Shown in pieces: positions 53,335-64,000 of a stretch of DNA of 64,000 nucleotides (position 1 is its first letter; each line of letters starts with the position of its first letter). The stretch spans positions 49,414,001-49,478,000 of the forward strand of contig OZ024750.1 in NCBI GenBank assembly GCA_964016885.1, in the 5' to 3' direction. The notes beneath the pieces were generated by a model, which searched no databases, was not told the origin of the DNA, and saw only the letters and a program-made list of their open reading frames with translations. This stretch comes from Eledone cirrhosa. Lineage: Eukaryota. The position numbers were made by a program, and so were the translations under genes.

Positions 53335-56300
53335 TTACTTAGAATAGGCAGTATAAATGTATGTGGCCTGGGGTCATCTTGAAAGCAGGGCCACCTGCTT
53401 AACGTTCTCAGGTCACTAACTCTAGATGTTGTGGCCATCAGCGAGACCAGAATCTCCGAAGCACCAGACTTCGCATCGATATTCGGTGGCTTCGATGTAT
53501 ACGCATCTCCCGGTCGTCAGGGAGTGGGGGCGGAGTTGCTGTGCTCTTTCGGAAAGGCTTGGATCGCGCCATACGGGCCATCTTCCTTGACCCAAAAGGT
53601 TAGTAGGTGGTACTGGACGTGACATGCAGTGAAGCAATGCGATCAGGCTAGTAGCCAAATTTCTTCAGACGTCTAGAGACCTTTCTGGGAACGTACCACT
53701 CTGTTAGTGTTATAGGGTGACTGGAACGGTATCTTAGATCCACGCTGGGTTTATGTGGGGATAGTAAATAAGAAAGGAAGATATAAAAGCCTCCCCGACA
53801 GGCTCAGACATTTTCAACTGTCTGACAGGTATCGACTGGATTATACGAACGTGCCAATGTGGACATGGGCAAAGCGCATCGGGTCATCCAGGTCGTATCT
53901 AGATAGGGTATTGAGTAGGGAAACAGTAAGTTGTCCATAATTTAAAGTAGCCGTTGTGATCTGTGAAGTTGACTTAGATAGACTTCATAAGCAAGGACCC
54001 GGTTACTGGAAACTGAACGCGTCGTTCCGTGGAGCAAACCTTACAGAGTCCGGATTAGCGAATTAGTTAAGCGTGTGTTGACGGGTGCGATTGTCAACAA
54101 CAGGTGGTGGTTTACCCTGGGAAGGGCTATTGGAGTAGAATCGAAAAGGTTTATCAAAGGAGTAGTGATAGAGGAAAATAGAGTAGAAAGAGAGCAAGTT
54201 TGAAAGCAAGAAGGGGTGTTTAGGTCATGCATCGGAACCGGCGCGCTTGCAGCGAGATTGGCACTCCACCAATTCTTCGATGCAAAGCACGAAGGCTGCG
54301 TTGTCAGAGCTAGAGTGCGTGCTCTGAGACATGAGGGGACAAAAGCTGTCCAATGAGCCCGGGTGTTTGGGCCGCGACGAGGCAACAAAGCCACAATAAA
54401 ATCCTTGCCTGACCAAAACGGGCGCACGTTAATGGAACCCGAGCAGATGTGTGAGGCTTTTCAGCGGCACTTTGCTCAACTGCTTGGGAGCGGCGACGGG
54501 CCGGATCGGAGTAAGAACTTCAATGCATACCTCGAGGGACTGCCCCAGCTCTCGACGACCGCAGCGCATTTTTACGAAAAGCCAATAATAGTAGGTGAAA
54601 TGTGGGAAGACATGACTGATTGCATGAGGGGTAAAACGCCAGGTTTGGATGGTCTGCCCTAAGTGCTTTATTCGTATATGCTAGACTTATTCGACGACCT
54701 CTTGGCAGATGTCTACTGCTACTGGCAGCAGAAAGGTAGTATTCCCAGGTTTGTGAGCAGGGGAGTGGTGGCGGTGCTGAGAAAAGACCCGAACAAGGGG
54801 GACGTTATACACAACTTCAGGACCATAACTCTGCTAAACGAAGAGTTTAAGATTTTGGCCAAGGTGTTAACATAGGCGCTTGTCGTCGGTTATCTGGTAG
54901 GAGAGGCGCATATATGCGCCATTCCGGAGAGACCCATCCACAACAACCTCTATCTCATGCGATACATCATAGAGAGGGTGGTTAAAAAACTTGCCACGGG
55001 TGGGGCCCTGATCAAGTTTGATTAATCTAAAGCATTTGATAGGTTCGGCCATCGGTACCTGGCCGCGGTCCTCGAGGCGACCGGCTTCGGGCCTGTATAT
55101 AGGGGCTGGATCGCTGCGATGCACAGCGACATTTGCTCGATTGTGAGAGTGAATAGTCACCTGTCGCAGCCGTTAATCTTCATGCACTCTGTCCGCCAGG
55201 GTTCTCCCCTCTCGTCCCCTTGTAAGTATTGGTCCTCGAGCCGTTACGGCACCCCTCTCAAGAAATACGAAGCGGTGACAGGAGTAAATATAAACCAGGA
55301 AAAGTAGTTGGGCTTACAACTCGACACCTGTAGGGGCAAGTCCGTGCCGTCTGACAGCGTCGTGGAGTGCCGGACGGAAGGATCGGTTAAATTGCTCGGG
55401 GTCTGGTTCGGTACGAACCTCCAATTGAAGAAAAAACTAGAGCGAGGTGACAAGCAGAGTGCCATCGCTCACCAGAAATGCCTTCGTCATCTGCTACCAC
55501 CTGGCCATCGTATCTAACCCCCGCCAACAAATTGGAGTGCCTTCTCTTCCGCTTTTTGTGGAGAGACGATCCATCTACTGTCAACACCCGTTTCCTGGAG
55601 GACTAGGCATACCGTGGCTGATGATGCTCAAACATGTGCTGTAAGCTGCGACATCTCTGGTGCTTTCTTGATGGTGAACAGTTGCTAGACACGCTTTCCC
55701 CCAGCTCGTCTCCTTGACGGAACTGCAGTCCTGGATCAGAAAAAGACCGAGGAATAGCTCTTGGAAGCTGGGATGTCTCCAGGCGCTCACCGACCTCTAC
55801 CAGCTGGGTACTGATATCGGTAGGACATCTACCTTGGCGTTCTATACGGGGCTAGTAGAGGGGAAGTGCAATGACGTTCTCGCGGAGACCCCGGGCGTCG
55901 AAGACGATCAGCTGCTTCCTCTCTTCAAGAGAACTTTCAGCCCACGACCTATGGACAATTTCCTGAAATCCCTGGCATGGCAGTGCTACCGGGGAGCATT
56001 GCCGGTTCAGGATAAACTCTACAGACACGGAGGTGTTGTCAGCGAGCCTGTCCGAGATGCACACAGGACGATGAAACCGTCCTGCATGCCCTCGTTCAGT
56101 GCTCGAGAATTGCTGACTTGTGGAGCTATATCGAACAGTTGCTGTCGCATGTAGGACGGAACCGGTTATCGACTGAGTCCATTGTACAGATAGCGCCACC
56201 ATCCTCATTTAAAGAGGAGGAACCAGTTTTCATTTGCGTTGTGGCCATGATGAAAGAGAATGTGTGGTGAACAACGTTCAAAGGTTTGAAAACGGACACT

Positions 56301-56717
56301 TTCCTCTCCGGTCAATCTCTGATTAATTTTTCAAGTTTCACTTGAAGAGGAAAATCAGGGTGGAGAGACAAGTGCTGTCTTCAAACAAGTTTATTGAAAG
56401 GTGAGTGAAAGTGGCGAGTCTGGTCCGAGTGAACAGGCCCGCTCTGAGTATGCGCATGTAGACTGAGGAGCGGAAAATTTGAGAGAGGGCGCTTGCCCTG
56501 GTGGTCTTTGACATGAGTGACCCTCGGGAAGTTTCCCCACTATTGGGGTATTTTTTGTTGTTTGAATTTTTTTGATATTTCTCTCTTCTTGTTATAATAT
56601 TTTTTACACGGACAACACTCATTTTGTATCGTTCTGTATCGTCCTGTGCCGTCTGTAATGTTTTTCTTCATGTTAGCCCTTGTGGCCAATAAAGAAACCA
56701 TTATTATTATTATTATT
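53335..56717 (+). mobile_element. Decayed Tx1/L1-group LINE (APE endonuclease + RT) with 3' UTR and (ATT)n tail
   Basis: IGSINVCGL, DVVAISETR, GDWNGILD, SRSYLDR, GPGYWKLN, GKTPGLDGLP, NFRTITLLNEEFKILAKVL, KAFDR and SVRQGSPLS; ends aataaagaaacc(att)n. Confidence 0.88.
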
Positions 56718-56845
56718 GTCATTTTCGTTTTCTTTCATTATTGTTTCTGAGATATATGCCGAGTGTCTTCCTGACTCCTAGAGCAAATTAGTTCACAATG
56801 TGCATTGGTAAGCCAGTTATTATTATAATAATAATTATTATTATT

Positions 56846-58941
56846 CTTTGAGTCTCAGTCATTGATGTTAGTTAACTGGAAAGTTTGTTGAAATGAATAT
56901 CAAGCCACTACCTGCAGCCTCAGATATTCCGGACGTATCGGAGTGTTATTGCTCTTCCCAGCAAGCATGCCTTTTGAAGTGTTCCAAAAAAGCGGGGCGG
57001 GGCCAATTTTCTTTAACCAACCCTGGAAACTCCTTGAGATAGTACCTAGTGTGTATATGACAATCGGGACCACTTTGACCTCATGGCAGTTCCAAATCCT
57101 TTTTACCTCCCACTTTAAGTCCTGGTATCGGTTAATTTTCTCCCTCTCCTTCTCTAGCACACTCGTGTCAAATGGGCAGGCCACATCCACAATCAGGCAC
57201 GATCTTTTTGCCTTGTCCAAAACCACCAGGTCCGGTCTATTGTGTTCCAGTTCCTTGGCCGTCTGTATCCTAAAAGCCCATAGCACCTTCACCTGATCGT
57301 TTTCTATCACCGACTCTGGCTTATGTTCATACCACTTCTCAGAATGTGGTAAATTGTTTACTTTGCATAGATGCCAGTGGATCACCCTGCCCATCACATC
57401 ATGTCTCCAGCTTTATAGTGAGTCTGGGCTAGGTGTTTACACTCGGATACAATGTGAGCTACAGTCTCCTCTCTCTCTCCACAGATCCTGCACAGTGGGC
57501 TAACCTCCTCCTTGTAAATATGGTGTTTCAGCCACTTCGTTTTGAGGGCCTGCTCTTGCGCAGCCATTAGCATTCCTTCTGTAGCATTTTTAAGGTCTCC
57601 TCTTTTCAACAAGTTCCATGTCTGTGTATCTCTGAATTCCGTTTTATCAAAGAAGATACTATGAAGAGATTTTTCGTGAAGGCTGCTCTTTCTCCTTGTT
57701 GTTTTTTCCTCCTTGGACATCCCTGGTCTATTGTCCTCTCCTTCAGTACAATTCTGAGCATTGGCTCCTTACTATCGGTTACGTATTTGTGTAGGTTGTT
57801 TTTCTCCATCTGAATACAGTCCTCTATGCTGATAAGACCTCTTCCAACTTTCGATCACCTTAAGTAGAGTATATCGACATCACTCCTTTTGTGGAACCTG
57901 TTGTAGATAGTAAATAGCTTCCTAGTCGTCCTATACATTTCTTTTTGTTCAGCAACATTCCATCTCAGAATTCCCGCACTGTACATAATAATAGACACAG
58001 CTCGGGAATGTACTTTACTTATGGCATTTTTACTGTCCAGATGTGACTTTAATACGCTCCTTATTCTCCGAACGTATTCAGATCTTATCAATTCCTTCAT
58101 TTTTTTGTTCTTGATGTCATCAGCCTCCAGAACACCCAAATACTTGTATCCTTCTTCAGTGTCAATTTCCTTTATCATCTCACCTGTTGGTACCTGGATT
58201 CCGTTGCTTCTGCTCAATTTTCCCCCTCTTCATCACAAGGACTCCACACTTACTAATACCAAATTGCATACATATATCATTGCTGAAAATACGGACAGTG
58301 TCAGCAAGCACATCCAAATACTTCCCGAAGAGCTTAAGATAGTCCATGAAGAGGAGGTGATTGATGGTAGCTCTCCCTTTCCTAACTAGTATCCTGCTCT
58401 CACCTTTCGCAGTATAATGGTCAGGGGCATCAGGGCAAGCACAAACAACAGAGGGGACAGACTATCTCCCTGGAAGATACCTCTCTTGATCTTCACGCCT
58501 TCCAAGGATTCTCCAGTTGATGGTAACTCTGTTTTCCAGGACTTCATACTTTTGCCCAACAACTGTCTGATGTTATCTGCCACCTTGAAGATCTCTAGGC
58601 TTTTGGTGATCCACGAATGAGGAACCATGTCAAATGCCTTTTTCTAGTCTATCCATCCCATGGCAAGACCAGTGTGTCTCCTCTTGCAATTCCTCATTAC
58701 CATCTTATCAATAAGTAACTGGTCCTTTGTACCACGGAACTTCTTTCGGAATCCTTTCTGTTCGTTCGGTAACAAGCTGTTTGTGTGCAGATGATGGTAG
58801 ATTTCCTCAGACACAATGCTTGTCAACAGATTCCACATTACGGACAGACATGTGATAGGTCTATAGTTGGTAACATCATTACCCTTGATTCAGTCTTTCA
58901 TTACCAGAACTGTGTTAACTTCTGTCAACCACACTGGTACC
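56846..58941 (-). mobile_element. 5'-truncated R4/Dong-like RLE non-LTR retrotransposon
   Basis: [54 protein letters not shown] and HNRPDLVV..IVDVACP..KYQ-like RLE motifs. The 3' end lies at a (TAA)n tract, about 56817-56845. Confidence 0.92.
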
Positions 58942-58968
58942 TCACTATTATTATTATTATTATTATTT

Positions 58969-61900
58969 GCATTTATCTTGCTTTATGTTTATACGAGTTA
59001 TCACCAAGTCACAACCAGTGACCTCAAGAGACAACAAGGTCCGCCATGTTCAAGAAAGAACACACATATTCACACATGCATCCTTAGTGTTTAGACTTGT
59101 GATGTACTTATATTGACAGGATCTTCCTTAGTATATGGGCAGTTCCCATTAGTACTATCTTTTGTATTTCTCCTATACTCGGGTTTCCTGGGATTTGCGA
59201 TAAGTAGTCATTAGACCCCTTAGGTATCATTCCCAGAGCGCCTAAAACCACTGGTATTGTTTTAGTTCTCAATTTCCACATTTTTCCAATTTCTATCTCC
59301 AGGTCCTTATACTTGCTCAATTTTTCAAATGTTTATATAGATATATACTTGTCTATTGGAACAGACATATCAATTAGCAGGCATACCCTCTTTTTAAAGT
59401 CCTTCAATATTATATCGGGTCTATTTGCATCTATTTTTCTGTCTGTTTGGATACTAAAGTTCCACAAGATTGAGATGTGATCTTTTTCAAGTATGGGAGG
59501 TGGTTGATGCTCCCACCAATTCTTTTGATGGGGCAGGTCAAAATGCTTACACATTATCCAATGTATGTATTGTGCAGCTCTGTCATGCCTGTTTAGGTAT
59601 TCGGTTGGAGCTATAGGACTGCACATTGAAATTATATGGTCAATGGTCTCTGGTTGTTTTTTGCATACACGGCATAATGGGCTGCATCCATTTTTTATTA
59701 TGTTGGCTTGGTAATTTTTTGTTGGCAGACACTGATCTTGTGCTGATATAATCAGTCCTTCAGTCTCCGATTTCAGTCCAGAAGATGCCAACCACTGATG
59801 GGTTAAAGTTTTGTCAACATCAGGATTGTTAGCTCGCTCTGGGTATTTTCCATACAGAGGATTTTCTTGCCATTTCTTAGCCAGTTTCTGTAGCAGTTCT
59901 TTCCTTTCAGTTACTTTTACCTGCTTTGCTTTTTCTGTGTTTTCCATTTCAGCAGTAAACGGGACTTCTGAAATGTGTAGTCCATTACTGTATCTGTGTG
60001 CATCTTTTGTAATGGAATATGATCTTTTAATGCTTTCGTGTTTCAAAACGAGTTTGATCATCTAATCATGTGATTCCCTTAGATATGTAGGTAATCCAAT
60101 TGTTGCAGTTTTCAACGCAATGTCTAACTGGATTAACCCACGTCCTCCTTCTTTCCTAGGGAGATATATTCTATCTATATCTGCCTTAGGGTGATGCATT
60201 CTGTGCATGGTTAAGAATTTTCGAATTTTTGTATCGAGCCTACGGACCTCTGTGCTTGACCAGTTGATGACATTGTAACTGTAGGTTACTACTGGTATGG
60301 CAAGCGTGTTTATGGCATCGATTCTATTCCTTGCATTCAATTCCGTTCTTAAGATTGCTCTTACTCTGCGGTAACATTACTTCCTTATCCTTTACCTCAT
60401 TGTCGATGCTTGATTCCGTCTCCTTCACAAACACCTAGATATTTGTAAGTTTTTTCTTGATCAAGTTCTCTTATCACGTTCCCCCGATCAAGATTAATGT
60501 CTGAACTCTTCAGCAGCTTTCCTCTGGTGAACGTTGCTTTGGCGCATTTATCTAGTCCAAACTCCGTTTTAATGTCATCACTGAACTGCTCCACAGTGGA
60601 TAATAGCCCTTGCAATTGTTCATCATTTTTTGCAAATAGTTTCAGGTCATCCATGTAGAACAGGTGATTAATGGTTTTGTCATAGACTTTATATCCATGT
60701 TTTGTTTCATTGAGCATTTTACTTAATGGTATAAGTGCGATGCAGAATAAAAGCGGTGATAAAGAGTCACCCTGAAAAATTCCACAATTAATATTAACTT
60801 CTCCAGCTTCCAGTGATTTTGTTTCACTATTCAAAAGGAATGTCGTTTTCCATGTCTTCATACTGAATGACAAAAATCTCCTGACAACGGGGGATATTTT
60901 GAAAATCTCTAAACATTTTTCAATCCAACTGTGTGGCAAATTATCGAATGCTTTTTTATAATCTATCCAAGCAATCGATAGATTTTTGTGTCTATTATGA
61001 CAATCTTCCAGTATCATTTTGTTAACCAGAAGCTGATCCTTACAGCCATATGAGCCTCGTTTACACCCTTTCTGCTCAATGGGAAATAGGTCATTTGTTA
61101 TCAGGTGGTCATATGTGTATTCAGTTTGGACTGATGCTAAAATTTTATACATTGTGGTCAAGCAAGTTATCGGTCTGTAATTTTTGGGATTGTTTGTCTC
61201 ATCATTCTTCGGAAGCAGGAATGTAATGCCGTTAACTAGCCATGATGGTATCTTTTCTGGCTCCTTAACTATTTCATTGTAAAGTTGGGCTAACAGCTCA
61301 CGAGACTCTGTGAAGGCATTTATCCAAAAGTTTTTTATTTTGTCTTTTCCTGGGGATTTCCATTTGCTGGTTTTTCTTAGAGCCAAGCGCAACTGTTCAA
61401 CTGTTATATTTTCCCATATTTGTTCCTCAAGGTGAGCTGTATCTTTCATTTGTTTGTCTAGCCATGGGGCATGTATGTTATGAACTTTTTCTTCGGCCCA
61501 GATATTTTCCCAGAATTCTTGCACTTCTTCCTTGGGTGGTATTGATTTAGCAGTTATTGTTGACTTACCAATTTTTCTGTAGAAGTTTCTTTGGTGTTTT
61601 TGAACATATTATTGTCCTTATAGTATCTAGCTCGTTTTTCAAAGCGCCTTATACGAGCAGCTTTGGCCGACACTTTTTGCTTGATTATTTCTATCAGCAT
61701 GTCCATGTCACATGTTGATTTTATACTGTACTTTTTTTTCAATTTTCTAAGTTTAGTTTGTTTAACATGTTCACCTACTTTATAGTTTGTTAAAATTTCT
61801 ATGTCAGATCGGAGAATGTTTATTTGGCGATTGATGTTCTCTTGCCAAGTAGATTTCTTGTGGGAATTCCTTTGTTTTTTCATCTTCACTCCACATAAGT

Positions 61901-62920
61901 GAGTGGTGACTTTAGCCGATGCATAATAGAGATGATTTAAATCAGTAATGTTTAGTTTGTTTGTGATGATAATGTTTTTGAGAATTATGTTAGTCTTGTG
62001 TATTATCTTTTGGTTCTGTTTGGAGTTCTGGATCTTAGGGAGGGTGTCTCGTTGCCCCATGTCAGATTCTTTCATTTTCATCCATTCGATCATAATTTCA
62101 TCCTTCAAGTTGGCAAGTTCATTCTCATTCATTTCTTTATCATTTACGATCTCATTATTTTCATTTGGAGTTTCATCCTGAGCATGCACTCCATCCACTT
62201 TTTCGATCCTTTCATTAATTTTTTCTGTTGCCAGTGATTTCGCCCCAACCCTGGGGTTCGAAGTGTTACAGTTTACCTCGTTTTCACTGACACATGTTTC
62301 ATTTTCCCTTCGCTGACTTTGTGCTAATAGCTTGATCTGATCAATTTCTATATCAGTTAGTAACTTTTTCTTACAATATTTCTTCGTACATTGGCTAGTT
62401 TGTTACTGTCAATATAGCCTCTGTTTTCAGGATGTTTCTTTTTCCAGTTGATATATGTCTGTTCTGTATTCGATGTATTTGATGGGTAGTACATGGCAGT
62501 GTTAGAAAGCCTCAAGGACTTCTTTATTATCTTCCCTTGACCATTTTTCTCTCTTTTTCTTTGGATTTCTTGGTGGTGAGCATGGAGGGCCAACAGTAGG
62601 AGTATTCCGGTTATGGGAGGTCTCCAGCTCCGAAGTGATGGGAAGGTTTGAACCATTAGCTGATTTTTCGACCCCAGTCTGGTTCCTCTCTGAGGGACGC
62701 GGCCCTTTTTTACCCGGGTGACGACCGATCCGGTATGAGATTTTATCATTAGACATTTACTTTATTTTGTCGCGTTTTATCCTTATCCGCCAAGGGGTAA
62801 TCATTTCGTGTTACCACTTCTAGAACGAGTGTCAACCAATACTAGAGTGGTCGTTCTCCCCTAGAGACACGGCTATTCCCCGACGGCCACCATCCCGGTA
62901 TTTCTTGGTCATGGCTTGTC
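58969..62920 (-). mobile_element. Near full-length R4/Dong-like RLE non-LTR retrotransposon (few stops and frameshifts)
   Basis: N-terminal [88 protein letters not shown] and KYKDL. The 3' end lies at (TAA)n 58946-58966. Confidence 0.95.
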
Positions 62921-63892
62921 TTTTTTTTTTTTTTTTTAGATTGTTATTATCATGAGTGGTTCCTTAATGTGAGCATTGCGTGGCTTAAGAATGAAATTAT
63001 TAATAATTGTCTCCACTCCAGGCACAAGGCCAGCAATCACCCAGCGCATTACAATAATATGATATACTTTTTGCTGAAGTTGCCTGTTATTGTTGTTGGC
63101 TATGTCGGTGGTGGTGCCGGGGCTTTTTTATATTGTTGGTGAGGAAGGGGTGAGCCAGCAGTCCCATAGTTGTTGATGTTGACGTTTGGCCGGTGGCCAG
63201 GTCACTAAGTCAATCTATTTATATCTTTTGCTAGCCTCTCCCTTGTCTAGTGATACCGCCACCTTCCCCCTTCCCTCTCAAGTTAACAGGGGAATAGTGG
63301 TGGTAGCAATGAAGGAGTGGTGGCGGCGGTGATGGTATAGTGGTAGCAATGATGGATGGGGTGATGGCGGCGGTGGCATTGTCATTACTGAGTTGTGTGA
63401 TGTAGTATGTATGAGTTTGTGTTCGTATGTTTAATATATATTGTGTTGACATATTCCGGTAAAATTGGGATTAAACAGTTTGTTAAAACTTGAGACAATA
63501 ATAATAGTAATTATTATTATAATGCTGGGATTGATGGTGGTGGTGGTGAAATTGCCGTTATCTGGCTGTTATATTTAGTGTGATGGGATATGTGGTGTAT
63601 CAAGTTTCTGGTGTTGGTGAAATTGCTGTTATTTGGCTGTTCTATATAGTGTAGACAGTAGGTGTTTTCTTCCATTTATAACCATTTTCTTTTTTTGAAT
63701 ACAAAATATATAATACAAAATTGAATATTTGAGCGATATAACAATATAATATGGATCCGAAATTTTATGGGACTTCATTCGGTGGTTTATGCAACATTTG
63801 TACTAAGAATTGTTATTTCACAATTGAATTAAATATGTTAAAAATCAAAAACTTACGGGAGCGATTTCATGACCTTCTACCACCTCGTGCGT

Positions 63893-63900
63893 CTTCTTCC

Positions 63901-63972
<72 letters not shown>
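63893..63972. repeat. Compound (CTT)n(ATT)n microsatellite
   Basis: Seen directly. Confidence 0.97.
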
Positions 63973-64000
63973 GAATGCCATGGTTGACGGAGGCTCGGCT

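Noticed and set aside
63060-63670. GT-rich tract possibly belonging to a retroelement 3' region
   Set aside because: No ORF, ribozyme motif or defined termini visible within the window.

Overview
AT-rich, microsatellite-laden eukaryotic (metazoan) DNA. The SINE and repeat content looks like that of an octopus or other cephalopod, but this is inference only. I find no intact host protein-coding gene; the window is almost entirely nested mobile DNA. It holds a decayed CRE-like RT, four Penelope-like (PLE, RT plus GIY-YIG) fragments, a decayed Helitron (Rep/PIF1) with a small non-autonomous Helitron, three R4/Dong-like RLE non-LTR elements, a Tx1/L1-like LINE, a Chapaev3-like DNA transposon with TAA TSD inserted in a PLE, tRNA-derived SINEs and a 2.7-kb 96/100-bp minisatellite. 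The most striking hidden layer is a dense set of type I hammerhead ribozyme (HHR) motifs from more than ten apparently unrelated PLE pseudo-LTR or retrozyme-like families, placed in direct and inverted repeats next to (TA)n tracts. These include compensatory U3-A8 core variants, very long stem II insertions, head-to-head palindromic pairs and one HHR nested antisense inside a larger HHR-like fold. All folds were read by eye and none is tested for activity.
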